A stretch of DNA of 64,000 nucleotides, taken from the NCBI GenBank assembly GCA_003510435.1, contig DOMK01000001.1, forward strand, positions 26,604 to 90,603. Direction: 5' to 3'. Shown piece after piece: positions 17,336 to 28,029 of the stretch (positions within the stretch are counted from its first letter, which is position 1; every line of letters starts with the position of its first letter). The notes beneath the pieces are model-generated. The model was not told the origin of the DNA. It saw only the letters and a list, made by a program, of their open reading frames with translations, and ran no database searches. The position numbers were made by a program, and so were the translations under genes. Source of the DNA: Candidatus Magasanikiibacteriota bacterium. GTDB lineage: Bacteria; Patescibacteriota; Patescibacteriia; Magasanikbacterales; UBA922.

Positions 17336-19330
17336 CTATTGTTTCGTGTATTTCCACCACCAACGATAAAATTCATGAGCGATTGGAACGGAAATTGAAC
17401 TTCCTTCCCCACCCTCTTCCACCATGATAGTTATAACAATTTCTGGATTATCAAATGGGGCAAAGGAAGTAAACCAAGCGTGATTTTCTTTATTAGAACT
17501 CCATTGGGCTGTACCAGTTTTTCCCGCAGTAGTAAAAGGTAAAAGAGCTAAACGTCGACATGAACCATAGATAACACAGTCACGCATACCAAGTCTAACT
17601 ATACTAATATTTTTTTCATCTATAAAATTTTTATTGATTATTTCTGGAGAAATAGTTTGTTCTTCTTTTGTGATCGGATCAACAATAGATTTTACTATCT
17701 GGGGTTTGTAAATCGTACCGCCATTAGCAATGGTAGCAGTCATTTCGGCAATTTGTAGTGGTGTCACAAGTGTGTCTCCTTGACCAATTGATAAGTTGTA
17801 AGTATCTCCAACATACCATCTTTCTTTTTTGGTGGTTTCTTTCCATTCTTTTGAGGGTAAAAATCCAGCCTGTTCTCCTGGTAAATCTATACCCAATTTG
17901 GTAGCAAAATTAAATTTACGCAAATAATCAGTAATTTTACTAACACCTAGACCAACAAAGTCATTATAACCTCCAGCAATATAATAATAAAAAGTATTGA
18001 CTGACCAAGCTAGAGATTTTCTCACATCAGTTACGCCATGACCGCCAGCTTGCCAATCAGGAAAAAACCAAGTACCAATCTGTAGACCGCCAGTACTCAA
18101 AAAGCTTGTACTTTGATTAATAATCTTTTCTTGCAAGGCGGCCGCAGCAATTGCCGGTTTAATTGTTGAACCAGAGGGGTAGGTGCCACCAATTGCCCGA
18201 TTAAATAATGGGTTATTAATATCTTCGGTGTATTTTTTATAATTAGTATTGGTAATTCCGCCAGAAAAATCATTATTATCAAATGAGGGCAAACTGACCA
18301 ATGCTAATATTTCCCCAGTGTTAGGATTCATTACAATACCGCTAGCTCTTTGTTTTTTGGCAACATCTAGGTTTTGTTGAATAATTTTTTCTAAATTATT
18401 TTGAATATTGGCATCAATCGCTAATTTGATATGAAATCCTGGTTTGGGTGGTTCTTCGGCAATAATGGACTGTTCTTTACCAGTAGCATTTACTTCTATA
18501 CGCTTTTTTCCATAAGTACCCCGCATAAAATTTTCATAACTTTTTTCTATACCAGTTTTTCCTATACTATCTGATGGCAAATAACCAGATTTATATAATT
18601 CGTCTAATTCTGGTTTATTTAATTTTCCAATATAACCTAAAACATGGGCAAATGAATTGGCAGTGGTGGTAACACTGTTATCTTTTTCTACCAGAGGTAA
18701 ATAAAGTCTTTTGCTACTACGTTGGATTTGAATTCCTGGTAGTTCATTAGACTCAATTAAAATTGATAAAGCTTTTTCGTAATCTATATCTTCTTTTATA
18801 ATAATAGATTCATAGCTGTAAGAACCATATTCATCCAAAATTTTATTAATTTCATTTTTATCAACATCTAGTAGTTTGGATAATTTATCTATCAAATCAT
18901 TTTTTTGGGTTTTTTCTTTAGGTAGGTCTTGCGGTACTAAGGCTAAAGAAAAATTTGGAATATTTTTTGTTAATTGAATATTATTTCGATCATAAATTAA
19001 ACCTCGTTCAGCCACAATGGGAATTATTCTTTCACGATTGTTTTCGGCCGATAGTTTGTAGGTATCAGCCTTAATAATTTGTAGGTAAATTAGACGAGTT
19101 GTGATTAGAGAAAAAGATAATATTAAAAATATGAAAAAATAAAAGTTTTTTTTCGAGGTAAAACTGGTATTAGTGTACCGACCAATTTGTGGGGTTGAAA
19201 CTTGTTTGTCTGTTTTATTTTCAAAATATAAAGATTCTTCTGTCCAAGATTTTCGATACCTACCATCAAGTGAACCACTGTCTATTTCAGGAGAATTAAT
19301 TTCAAAAAAGTTTTTATTGTCATTAATCAT
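17336..19330 (-). CDS. mrdA: penicillin-binding protein 2 / peptidoglycan D,D-transpeptidase MrdA
   Basis: TM anchor, dimerisation domain, transpeptidase motifs (STIKP, SWN-like, KTGTA). Start placed at the ATG of MINDNKNFFE; the longer track ORF overlaps mreD. Confidence 0.85.
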   Translation of the reverse strand: MINDNKNFFEINSPEIDSGSLDGRYRKSWTEESLYFENKTDKQVSTPQIGRYTNTSFTSKKNFYFFIFLILSFSLITTRLIYLQIIKADTYKLSAENNRERIIPIVAERGLIYDRNNIQLTKNIPNFSLALVPQDLPKEKTQKNDLIDKLSKLLDVDKNEINKILDEYGSYSYESIIIKEDIDYEKALSILIESNELPGIQIQRSSKRLYLPLVEKDNSVTTTANSFAHVLGYIGKLNKPELDELYKSGYLPSDSIGKTGIEKSYENFMRGTYGKKRIEVNATGKEQSIIAEEPPKPGFHIKLAIDANIQNNLEKIIQQNLDVAKKQRASGIVMNPNTGEILALVSLPSFDNNDFSGGITNTNYKKYTEDINNPLFNRAIGGTYPSGSTIKPAIAAAALQEKIINQSTSFLSTGGLQIGTWFFPDWQAGGHGVTDVRKSLAWSVNTFYYYIAGGYNDFVGLGVSKITDYLRKFNFATKLGIDLPGEQAGFLPSKEWKETTKKERWYVGDTYNLSIGQGDTLVTPLQIAEMTATIANGGTIYKPQIVKSIVDPITKEEQTISPEIINKNFIDEKNISIVRLGMRDCVIYGSCRRLALLPFTTAGKTGTAQWSSNKENHAWFTSFAPFDNPEIVITIMVEEGGEGSSISVPIAHEFYRWWWKYTKQ

Positions 19331-19869
19331 ATTTTGAATAAACCAGATTCTATAATGGTGGTATTGAAACGACGAGATAATTTGGAAATGATAAAGTATA
19401 TAATGGCTAAGACTGATAGAGTAAATATAAATTCCCAAAAAAATGTAATAAAAATAGACTGCCAAGGTATATTAATAATTAAAGAGAAAGATTTGGCTAA
19501 AATTAATAATAACATGTAGAATAGACGATAAAAAAATAAGGCAAAAAATCCAATGGCAACAGTTGAAAGTAGAGAACGGTTGGTAAAAATTTCTTGGTAT
19601 AACCAATAGGTAAACAAAACACTGATGGTACTAGAAAAAAGGATAATACCAAATGGTGTAGTAGAAAAAAGTTCTAAAAGTAGATGTGAAAAAAAAGTAA
19701 ACCAAATAATTGTTCCTGAATTTTTCCAAAGAATAAAAATTATAATCACAATAAATAAGATATTTATTTTGTTAAAAGGATAAGGTAACAAATAAGATAA
19801 TCCAATATTAAAAATTGTTAATACCATTATAATAAGGCCGATACCAAAAAACTTTAAAAATTTTGCCAT
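19327..19869 (-). CDS. mreD: rod-shape-determining protein MreD-like small polytopic membrane protein
   Basis: 180 aa, 5-6 TM helices, sits between mreC and mrdA in the conserved order. Confidence 0.5.
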   Translation of the reverse strand: MAKFLKFFGIGLIIMVLTIFNIGLSYLLPYPFNKINILFIVIIIFILWKNSGTIIWFTFFSHLLLELFSTTPFGIILFSSTISVLFTYWLYQEIFTNRSLLSTVAIGFFALFFYRLFYMLLLILAKSFSLIINIPWQSIFITFFWEFIFTLSVLAIIYFIISKLSRRFNTTIIESGLFKI

Positions 19870-19870
19870 A

Positions 19871-20671
19871 TTATTTTTTCAATTTTATAATGGATACCAA
19901 AAATATTTTATTCAAATCACCAGAAGTTTTTAATATGGCTTTTTGAAAAGGTTGGTAAGCTTCTTTTTCAACCGCTTCGACTGTACCAATCAATAATCCT
20001 TTGGGAATGGTGACCTCTAAACCAGAAGTGACGATTATATCACCTACACTTACCTCTTCGTTTTGGGGAATATAATTCATTTTTACACTGATACCATAAC
20101 CACCCTCTACCAAACCAATACTTTTGTCTCGATTTAAAACTGTAGTGGCAACTTTACTTTGATTATCATTAATCAATCTAGCTGTGGCCGTATGTTCCTC
20201 TACTTTTATAATTTTACCAACCAAAATGCCTTCACCAATGATGACGGGAAAATCTTTTTCTATGCCATCACTTGATCCCCGATTTAAAATAATCGAGCTA
20301 CCAACTGGATCAATATTTTTTCCAATTACTTCTGCGCCAATAAAATTATAGTTATTTTTTTTAGAAAAATTTAATTGATTTCTTAATTCAGTATTTTCTT
20401 GTTCTAATAAATTATTATTAATAGCACTTGATTGACAACTCAAAAATTCTGATTTTATATTTTTATAAGCATTTTCCAGATCATTAACAGAAGAAAATTC
20501 CTCAGTCTCCCCATTGATTTTTAGGTTAGTTTTGTATATCAGTTTTGAACCTGGCGTCATGATTGCGCGAAAAAAATTTTCGATTGGATTTAACCAACCG
20601 ATATAATGGAAACTACTTATTATTATAATGACAAGAGAAACACTAAAAAATGTTTTTAATTTATTATTCAT
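19871..20671 (-). CDS. mreC: rod-shape-determining protein MreC
   Basis: N-terminal TM, coiled-coil (LEQENTELRNQL), then beta-rich domain (VIGKNIDPVGSSIILNRGSSDGIEKDFPVI ... GLLIGTV). Confidence 0.65.
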   Translation of the reverse strand: MNNKLKTFFSVSLVIIIISSFHYIGWLNPIENFFRAIMTPGSKLIYKTNLKINGETEEFSSVNDLENAYKNIKSEFLSCQSSAINNNLLEQENTELRNQLNFSKKNNYNFIGAEVIGKNIDPVGSSIILNRGSSDGIEKDFPVIIGEGILVGKIIKVEEHTATARLINDNQSKVATTVLNRDKSIGLVEGGYGISVKMNYIPQNEEVSVGDIIVTSGLEVTIPKGLLIGTVEAVEKEAYQPFQKAILKTSGDLNKIFLVSIIKLKK

Positions 20672-20726
20672 AAAAAATAAAGAACCGTCGTGGCATACTC
20701 ATAAGATATTACGGCGAGCTAAGGAT

Positions 20727-21776
20727 TTATTTTTTTGATTTTCTAGCAGATGGTAGAGCCACTTCTTTTAGAAGCGCTTCGTCTTCTAATAAAATACCAG
20801 TGCCTCTAACGACCGATGTAAGTGGATCATCTGCAATTCGTACAGGGATATCTGTGGCCTGTGAAATAACTCTATCTATACCTTTTAAAAGGGCTCCGCC
20901 ACCAGTTAAAAGCAGGCCTCTTTCGTGGATATCACCCGTTAATTCTGGTGGAGTTACTTCCAAAGTTGTTTTTACCAAATCAACAATTATATTAACCGAT
21001 CGAGCCAAAGCTTCTCTGATGTGTTCATCTGTCACCATCACTTCTCTTGGCAAACCACTCATCACATCTCGACCACGCATGGGAAATTGAATACTTTCTT
21101 CAGTGCTAATGGCCGTCCCAATTTTTATTTTTATTTGTTCAGCATGACTCTCACCAATAAACAAATTAAAAACTTCTTTGGCATATTGCATGATATTGCG
21201 GTTCATTTCATCACCAGCGACTGGAGTGGAGCGCCAATTGACTACACCGTTCAAAGAAATAACCGCTACTTCTGTAGTACCACCACCAATATCAACAATC
21301 ATATTGCCAATTGGATCTTGAATCGGCATATGTGAACCAATGGCCGCTGCCATTGGTTCTTGGACAATATAGACTTCTTTGGCGCCAGCCGAAATTGTGG
21401 CATCTTCTACGGCTTTGATTTCTACTTCTGTCACTTCTAGAGGTACACAGATTATTACTTTTGGTCTAGAAACCAGGGCAAATTTGTCATCATTTATTTT
21501 ATCAATAAAATATTTTAACATTTTTTCTGTTACTTCATAATCAGAAATAATACCATGATTTAATGGTCTAGTAATTTCGATATGTGGTGGAGTTTTTCCT
21601 AACATATACTTGGCTTCATTACCTACAGCCAAGATTTGTTCGGTTCTAGTATTTACTGCTACTACAGTTGGTTCATTGATAACAATGCCTTTTTCTTTTA
21701 TAAAAACTAAAGTATTGGCCGTACCAAGATCAATTCCAATTTCCGTATTAAATTTTTTGAAAAGATTTTTAAACAT
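20727..21776 (-). CDS. mreB: rod-shape-determining actin homologue MreB
   Basis: IGIDLGTANTLVF ... NEPTVVAV ... DIGGGTTEVAVIS. Start placed at MFKNLFKKF; the track ORF has a 20-codon hydrophobic extension. Confidence 0.9.
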   Translation of the reverse strand: MFKNLFKKFNTEIGIDLGTANTLVFIKEKGIVINEPTVVAVNTRTEQILAVGNEAKYMLGKTPPHIEITRPLNHGIISDYEVTEKMLKYFIDKINDDKFALVSRPKVIICVPLEVTEVEIKAVEDATISAGAKEVYIVQEPMAAAIGSHMPIQDPIGNMIVDIGGGTTEVAVISLNGVVNWRSTPVAGDEMNRNIMQYAKEVFNLFIGESHAEQIKIKIGTAISTEESIQFPMRGRDVMSGLPREVMVTDEHIREALARSVNIIVDLVKTTLEVTPPELTGDIHERGLLLTGGGALLKGIDRVISQATDIPVRIADDPLTSVVRGTGILLEDEALLKEVALPSARKSKK

Positions 21777-21878
21777 AATATATACAACATACAATATACA
21801 TGGAATAATATACAAAAAATATATATCAAAATACAAATTGTATTTTGATCCATGTATATTGAATTTTAATTTTTATAT

Positions 21879-23543
21879 TTATACAATTTTCTCCATTTTA
21901 ACTTCCCCACTTTTTCTATCCTTTACTTCCACACTCCCCTGTTCCAAAGTTTTTGGACTAACAATATATCGAGTAGGAATGCCAATCAAATCACTGTCAG
22001 CAAATTTTTCCCCAGCGCGAAGATCCCGATCGTCATATAAAACTTCTTTACCTTCACTAATTAATTTATTATATAATTCATCAGCTTTTTTTATTCCTTC
22101 TTCATCTTTGCAGAGTGAGATCAAATGAATTTGATAAGGCGCCACTGTCTCTGGCCAAATAATGCCTTTGTCATCATAAAATTTTTCAACAATCGTGGCG
22201 AGAGTCCGATCAACCCCAATTCCATAACAACCCATATAATATGGTTTTTCTTTGCCATCCTTATCTGTAAAATTGGCCTTCATACGACTACTATAGTGTT
22301 CACCGAGCTGAAAAATATTTCCTACTTCAATGCCTCGTCCTTCTTTTAAGACACTACCATTTTCGCTTTCGAATCCGTCCTGAGCCATAACAATATCACC
22401 TTCTTTGTGGGGAGTAAAATCTCTACCAATATTAATATTTAATAAATCACCATATTTTTTATTTGCTCCACCATAGGCATTTTTTATGGTTCTTAATGAA
22501 TCATCAGCTACAATAAAAACTTTTTTATCAATATTAACTGGTGAAATAAAGCCTGGTTCACTACCAATAGCGCGAACCTCATCTTCAGTAGCCATACGAA
22601 GTTCATTGGCTTCGCTCAAATGCTTTAATTTTATTTCATTCACATCCAAATCACCACGAATAATGGCTAAAATATATTTGCCTTTGTCATCAACAAAAAG
22701 TACATCTTTAATTTGTTGCCATAGTGGTAAATGGTGATACTCAACTCCGTCTTCCATTGAATTACCACGCTTGGCTTCAACTTCTTGCAAATCTTTTTCT
22801 TCCTCGTCAATATTTTTATTAATTTTTTTAAATTTGGCTACGTCTTCGTGAGCAGCATAGGTTCCATCTTCAGAAATCAGGAAACGACTTTCACCAGAAT
22901 CACATTCTACTACAAATTCATGACTGTATTCACCACCAATATAGCCATTATCGGCTTCTACTACCACGGTTTTTAAACCCATACGTTCAAATATCTTGGT
23001 ATAGGTATGCCACATTTTTTCATATTCAATTTTAAAATCTTCTTCATCAGCATGAAAAGAATAAGCATCCTTCATAAGGAATTCGCGAACTCTAAGTAAA
23101 CCACCGCGGACTCTCATTTCATCTCTAAATTTTTGAGAAAATTGATAGATGTTAAAAGGTAAATCTTTGTAACTCATGTTGTACTTTCGTACTAGATCAA
23201 CCATCATTTCTTCGGCTGTACCACCGAGAGCAAAACTACTACCATTTCTATCTTTTATAGTCATAAGTTCAAAACCAGCTGATTCTGTTCGACTGGTTTC
23301 TTTCCATAATTCTAATGGGTGTAAAACAGGGGTAATAATTTGCAAGGCACCAGCTTTGTTCATTTCTTCTTCAATAATTTTTATTACCCTATCTCTTACG
23401 CGTATTCCTAAGGGTAAAAAATAATATCGACCAGCAGTTGATTCTCTGATAAATCCAGCTTGATATAAATATTTATGACTGATCATTTTAATATCAGACG
23501 AAATCTCTTTTACTGTTTTTGTAAATAATTTTGATTGGCGCAT
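21879..23543 (-). CDS. proS: prolyl-tRNA synthetase
   Basis: Class II motifs and ProRS body; C-terminal anticodon-binding/zinc-type region (YMGCYGIGVDRTLA). Confidence 0.85.
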   Translation of the reverse strand: MRQSKLFTKTVKEISSDIKMISHKYLYQAGFIRESTAGRYYFLPLGIRVRDRVIKIIEEEMNKAGALQIITPVLHPLELWKETSRTESAGFELMTIKDRNGSSFALGGTAEEMMVDLVRKYNMSYKDLPFNIYQFSQKFRDEMRVRGGLLRVREFLMKDAYSFHADEEDFKIEYEKMWHTYTKIFERMGLKTVVVEADNGYIGGEYSHEFVVECDSGESRFLISEDGTYAAHEDVAKFKKINKNIDEEEKDLQEVEAKRGNSMEDGVEYHHLPLWQQIKDVLFVDDKGKYILAIIRGDLDVNEIKLKHLSEANELRMATEDEVRAIGSEPGFISPVNIDKKVFIVADDSLRTIKNAYGGANKKYGDLLNINIGRDFTPHKEGDIVMAQDGFESENGSVLKEGRGIEVGNIFQLGEHYSSRMKANFTDKDGKEKPYYMGCYGIGVDRTLATIVEKFYDDKGIIWPETVAPYQIHLISLCKDEEGIKKADELYNKLISEGKEVLYDDRDLRAGEKFADSDLIGIPTRYIVSPKTLEQGSVEVKDRKSGEVKMEKIV

Positions 23544-23607
23544 AGATTCATGACACTGATGACGCGGATTTTATGCGGATGACGCAGATCACGCGGATTG
23601 TTTAAAT

Positions 23608-24015
23608 TTAAGTATTGAAACGGGGTTGATTATTATGATTATTTTTTGTACTCCAAACAAAAGCTAGATATAAAACTAAAGCACCTAGTAAAAGTAAAGC
23701 ATTCCACCAGCGTAAATAATTTATACCTTGTAGATAAAGTAAAACTATAATTAATCCAGAAAAAAATATAGAATCTCTAAAGCTTTTTTGGACATAGCGA
23801 AACATTGGTAATTGTTCTTTGGAAAATAGTTTTCTAATGATAAAGGCAAAAATTGAAATAGTACCAAGCAAGGCCAAAAATAAACTAATATAAAAAAAAC
23901 TAAACCCTAGTCCAGTATCTTGAGATGGATCAATATTAATAACTACTATCCACCAGGCTGCCCAACACAAGATAGAACCTAAGATCATTACTGTAAAATA
24001 TTGTTTGAGAGTCAT
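23608..24015 (-). CDS. small membrane protein, unknown function
   Basis: 135 aa, 4 predicted TM helices. Confidence 0.4.
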   Translation of the reverse strand: MTLKQYFTVMILGSILCWAAWWIVVINIDPSQDTGLGFSFFYISLFLALLGTISIFAFIIRKLFSKEQLPMFRYVQKSFRDSIFFSGLIIVLLYLQGINYLRWWNALLLLGALVLYLAFVWSTKNNHNNQPRFNT

Positions 24016-24090
24016 ATTTGACTAATAAAATAGCCCTATTAAAGGCCATTCTATTGTATTATATTTAACAAAATTTATCAATACCCCATT

Positions 24091-24345
24091 TTAAAGCAAA
24101 TACCTTATTCTATCCACCTCGTTTTTGCCTAATTTTAGATTAATTTTTTTAACAATTTCTTCCTGATTTTCCCGAACTTGTTGGGCAATTTCAGAGTTAT
24201 TACAAGAAACAGTCAAAGTGCGGTTTTTCAAAAATAAAGGATTGACCGCATCAGTGGCAAATATTTTTTCACAAATTTCCTTGGCAAATTCAATCACCTT
24301 GGTATCATTAGCGGTTTTTTTGTTGTTATTGGGATAGTTAGTCAT
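24091..24345 (-). CDS. DUF721 (DciA-like) domain protein
   Basis: 84 aa; LTVSCNNSEIAQQVRENQEEIVKKINLKLG ... VDRIRY resembles the DUF721 pattern. Weak call. Confidence 0.4.
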   Translation of the reverse strand: MTNYPNNNKKTANDTKVIEFAKEICEKIFATDAVNPLFLKNRTLTVSCNNSEIAQQVRENQEEIVKKINLKLGKNEVDRIRYLL

Positions 24346-24348
24346 AGT

Positions 24349-24855
24349 TTATATTCTATATAACCTTATTTTACCACAGACTGTCTCAGGTTGCCAATTG
24401 GGGAAGCTAAAGCCATAGGAAATGACTCTGGCTCCAGGCTTCATTTCCTTCAATATTTTAGCCTTTAATTTTTCCATTTTTGACTGAATAAAATACAACA
24501 TGATTACATCAGTTTGATTTAAATTGGTTTTCCACAAATCTTCTCTTAGAATTGTAATATTTTTAATTTTACTTAATTTTATTTTACTCCACCAATATAG
24601 AATTGGATTTATTTCAATGCCAATGCATTTTTTACATTTAGGTGAAGCAATTTTCAAAAAACGACCGTCACCTGATCCTAAGTCCATCAAAATATCATCT
24701 GTTTTTAAATCAGCTAGTTCCAGCATTTCTTTTACGTGTTTGTTTGTTGTTGGAACAAAAGGAGCGCCAATAAACATTGTATAAGCAAAATAAAAAAAAT
24801 ATATTATCAATAACAGATAAATAATTAATATAGATATTAAAAAATAAATAAGCAT
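24349..24855 (-). CDS. class I SAM-dependent methyltransferase with N-terminal TM helix
   Basis: Motif I LMDLGSGDGRFLKIA and motif II IGIEINP. Confidence 0.6.
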   Translation of the reverse strand: MLIYFLISILIIYLLLIIYFFYFAYTMFIGAPFVPTTNKHVKEMLELADLKTDDILMDLGSGDGRFLKIASPKCKKCIGIEINPILYWWSKIKLSKIKNITILREDLWKTNLNQTDVIMLYFIQSKMEKLKAKILKEMKPGARVISYGFSFPNWQPETVCGKIRLYRI

Positions 24856-24867
24856 ATTAAATTAAGT

Positions 24868-24922
24868 GTTTAGGAATTAGGACTAGAGGCTGGATTTCTC
24901 GCATCTTACTCCCTAATTCCAA
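24868..24922. repeat. family-C REP-like palindrome (GGAATTAGGACTAGAGGC...GCATCTTACTCCCTAATTCC)
   Basis: Hairpin-forming; paralogs at 38104-38160, 42343-42404 and 48845-48910, always just past a gene 3' end. Confidence 0.55.
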
Positions 24923-24930
24923 TTACTATT

Positions 24931-27900
24931 TCACAATTGTCTAAATTCACAAATTTCCTTAAAATCACAATACTGACAAACATGTTTGTTTGGTGTGGCT
25001 GTAAAATCATTGGATTTAATTTGAGTAATTGTCTTAAGAATTTTTTCTTGTAATTTTTCTAGATCTTTAGCTTCACCAATAAAGGACGTTTTTATATTAT
25101 CATTGACATAATAAAAAGTTAGCTGGCCCACGGGACCAATGTTTCTATATTCAGGTAGAGTCTGAGTCGCGATTTGATAAATCAAAAGTTGTTGTTTGTC
25201 CTCGGTTGTTAAAGTTTCTTTGGACTTGCCAGTTTTGTAATCAATAATTTCTAAACTACCATCCGCTACTTTGTCTATTCTGTCAATTCTACCATGTACA
25301 ATGTAGTTACCTACTTTAACCTTGAACCACCCTTCCAATGATACAGGTACAGTCCACTTGCCATCTTCTGAAGAATAAAATATTTTCAAAATTTCTTTGC
25401 CTTTGGCATAGTATTTTTCCCTTTGTTCACGACTATTGTACCAGTCAGAAGCCCAATTTTTTTCATACATTTCCAATAATTCTTTTTCACTCGGAACTAT
25501 TATCTCCCCAGTATCTGATTTTTTTGTTTCTACTGGTAGACCAAACAAAGACGCTTGCTTGACACTATTTAATTCTTGAATTTTATTATAAAAATCCTGC
25601 AAAGTATTGTGAATGGTATTTCCAAAGCTAAAACTGGCACTGCCTTTCATGGGGATTTTTAAAACATGCGCTAGTTTGTATTGATAAGGACAACGTTCGT
25701 AGGAGCTGATTTGGGAGAAAGAGAACTTGTTGGGTGTTTCGTAAATTAACTCCTCGCCTACTAGAGGAAGTTTAGGAGAAGTCATTTTTAAATCCAAAAT
25801 TTGTTTTTTATCCAGACCCCCTCCAACTCCCCCTGATAGGGGGAGGGCATCAGACAGTTCTGCTAAAAATCTACTAATTTTCTTTTTTCTTGTTCCACCA
25901 TAATCTTCGGCACTGGTTAAAAATAGTTTTTCTTTTGCTCTTGTACAGGCAACATAAAATAAGCGTCGCTCTTCGGAATAATGAAAATCATCACTAGGTA
26001 AATTATCCTTGACTAGCTCATCGGGCAATTCCAAATTACCGCCTTTTTTTCTGGTAGGAAATCTTTCTTCAACTAAATTTACTACAAAAACATATTTATA
26101 TTCCAAACCTTTTGCCCCATGGACTGTAATAATATTAACTGAATCTGGTGTATCTTCTGGCTGGTAAATTTTTCCACCGTCACCGGATTCAATAATATTA
26201 TTAAAATGTTCTACAAATTCTAAGACTTTGCAATCGGGTGTAATTTGTTCAAAAGTTTTAATTAAATCAAAAAGTTGTCTAAGGTAATTTATTTGCCGAA
26301 TAATTTCTCTGTCGCCATTGGTTTCGCCATGAGTCAAGTAAGTTAAATATCCACTATTTTCTAAAAAATTGTATAAAACAGCGGTTGGTCTTTCATATCG
26401 CGCCTGCTTCATACCACTGTGAATAGTTTCTAAAATTTTACTAGCAATTTTTTGTCCGCTAGCAGAAATGTCAAATTCCACTCCTCGTTTTAAAATTTCG
26501 TAATAACTAATAGATTTCTGTTTGGCTCTAGCGGTAATTTTTTGCATGTCATTTTCATCCATTGCCCAGGCTGGCATACGTAAAAGTCGATACATGGCTC
26601 GGTCATCATAAACATGGGTAAGTAATTGAAAAAAAGCTAGGCAATTTAATACAATAGCCTGTCTATAAAGGCCAGATGAGGCCAAATACTCATATGGAAT
26701 ATTAGTCTGCTCTAAAGCGTGAATAAAGGGCTCTACGTGCGAGTTAGCCCTGACTAAAATGGCAAAATCATCCCATGATATTGATTTCACTGATTGTAAT
26801 TTGATTTCACTGATTTTTTTGATTACTTCCTGAACTTCATCATCTAAAGTTTGACAATGTATGTGTTCAATTTCAGTTTTGATGGTATTTTTAGCAATTA
26901 GTTTCTTATCAATTTTTAATTTTACTTCAAGGCGATCAGGATTATTATTTTGAATACTTTTATAACTTAGATCTAAAATTTCTTGACCAGAACGATAATT
27001 TTCATTCAAAACAATTTCTTTGGCATTTTTAAAATCTTCTTTAAAATGCATAATGACTGAAACGTTTGATCCACGGAAACTATAAATACTTTGGTCATCA
27101 TCCCCTACTACTGTTAGTTGACAATTCTGAGGCAAAGCCGAAGAATCCCGCTGTTTATCGCTTGAACCACAGGATCCTTCATCACTTCGTTCTTCAGGAT
27201 TAGCTAATAATTTTATTAATTGATATTGTGCCCAATTTACATCTTGAAATTCATCTACCAAAATATAGGTGAATCTGTCTTGCAAAGTTTTTAAAATATT
27301 TGGTCGATCTTTTAATAATTTGACAGTATAAAAAATCAAATCCCCAAAATCTAAATAACCATTATCCAAAAGTAATTGATTATAAGTATGATAAGCATTG
27401 GCGAGCTCTGTTTGACGATTTTTATCTTGGATATTAACTTCGTCTTTATCCATTTTTACATTTTCCACATATTCCAAATATTCAGTGGTAGAAACTAATT
27501 CATCTTTGGCTTTGGAAAAATGATTCAAAAGCGAATGAATCATAGACATGGGACTACCAAGCGGACGGTAATAATCTAGATTGAAATCGTACAAATGTTT
27601 TTTTACCAAGAGCCAAGCATCAGTGTCAGTAAGAAGTTTGAAACGTGATGGCAAACCAATTTCCAAACCATATTCCTCAAGAATTTTTTGACAAAAAGCA
27701 TGAAAAGTAGAGATTTGTAAATCTGTGTATCCAATATCCAAAATTTCATCCACTCTTTCTACCATTTCGCCAGCGGCTTTTTCTGTAAAAGTTAAGGCCA
27801 AAATATTTTCTGGCTTGGCTAATTTTTGATCAACCAAATAAGCAATCTTTTGGGTGATTACTGTGGTTTTGCCTGTACCTGCTCCGGCCACGATTAAAAG

Positions 27901-27960
27901 TGGACCAGTGGTATATTCTATGGCTTGTTTTTGTTGATTGTTTAGATTATATTCAGACAT
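24931..27960 (-). CDS. UvrD/PcrA-type SF1 helicase fused to a C-terminal RecB/Cas4-like PD-(D/E)xK nuclease with Cys cluster (AddA-like)
   Basis: Walker A AGAGTGKTTV, helicase motifs, C-terminal GRIDRIDKVADGSLEIIDYKTGKS + CPYQY ... CQYCDFKEIC. Two in-frame repeat insertions (27135-27200; 25816-25850). Confidence 0.8.
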   Translation of the reverse strand: MSEYNLNNQQKQAIEYTTGPLLIVAGAGTGKTTVITQKIAYLVDQKLAKPENILALTFTEKAAGEMVERVDEILDIGYTDLQISTFHAFCQKILEEYGLEIGLPSRFKLLTDTDAWLLVKKHLYDFNLDYYRPLGSPMSMIHSLLNHFSKAKDELVSTTEYLEYVENVKMDKDEVNIQDKNRQTELANAYHTYNQLLLDNGYLDFGDLIFYTVKLLKDRPNILKTLQDRFTYILVDEFQDVNWAQYQLIKLLANPEERSDEGSCGSSDKQRDSSALPQNCQLTVVGDDDQSIYSFRGSNVSVIMHFKEDFKNAKEIVLNENYRSGQEILDLSYKSIQNNNPDRLEVKLKIDKKLIAKNTIKTEIEHIHCQTLDDEVQEVIKKISEIKLQSVKSISWDDFAILVRANSHVEPFIHALEQTNIPYEYLASSGLYRQAIVLNCLAFFQLLTHVYDDRAMYRLLRMPAWAMDENDMQKITARAKQKSISYYEILKRGVEFDISASGQKIASKILETIHSGMKQARYERPTAVLYNFLENSGYLTYLTHGETNGDREIIRQINYLRQLFDLIKTFEQITPDCKVLEFVEHFNNIIESGDGGKIYQPEDTPDSVNIITVHGAKGLEYKYVFVVNLVEERFPTRKKGGNLELPDELVKDNLPSDDFHYSEERRLFYVACTRAKEKLFLTSAEDYGGTRKKKISRFLAELSDALPLSGGVGGGLDKKQILDLKMTSPKLPLVGEELIYETPNKFSFSQISSYERCPYQYKLAHVLKIPMKGSASFSFGNTIHNTLQDFYNKIQELNSVKQASLFGLPVETKKSDTGEIIVPSEKELLEMYEKNWASDWYNSREQREKYYAKGKEILKIFYSSEDGKWTVPVSLEGWFKVKVGNYIVHGRIDRIDKVADGSLEIIDYKTGKSKETLTTEDKQQLLIYQIATQTLPEYRNIGPVGQLTFYYVNDNIKTSFIGEAKDLEKLQEKILKTITQIKSNDFTATPNKHVCQYCDFKEICEFRQL

Positions 27961-27992
27961 ATTTATTTATATTTTAGCACAATTTTTGAGAC

Positions 27993-28021
27993 TTGACAAA
28001 GGTGGTAGTATATGATATTTT
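27993..28021 (+). promoter_or_regulatory. sigma70-type promoter TTGACA-N17-TGaTATTTT (extended -10) reading into the GC-rich island
   Basis: ttgaca at 27993-27998, 17-nt spacer, TG at 28013-14, tatttt at 28016-28021. Confidence 0.45.
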
Positions 28022-28029
28022 ATACAGTT

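Noticed and set aside
19327-19465. Long N-terminal extensions in track ORFs (mrdA, mreB, the cysteine desulfurase gene, atpH, the [2Fe-2S] ferredoxin gene, cytidylyltransferase)
   Set aside because: Extensions are hydrophobic or low-complexity, or are encoded by repeat elements, and overlap upstream genes. Internal ATGs at conserved N-termini were used instead. The track appears to count GTG/TTG as starts.
23544-23607. Direct repeats GATGACGCGGATT / GATGACGCAGATCACGCGGATT upstream of proS
   Set aside because: Short and partially similar to family-D fragments; not enough evidence for a T-box leader or other specific element.
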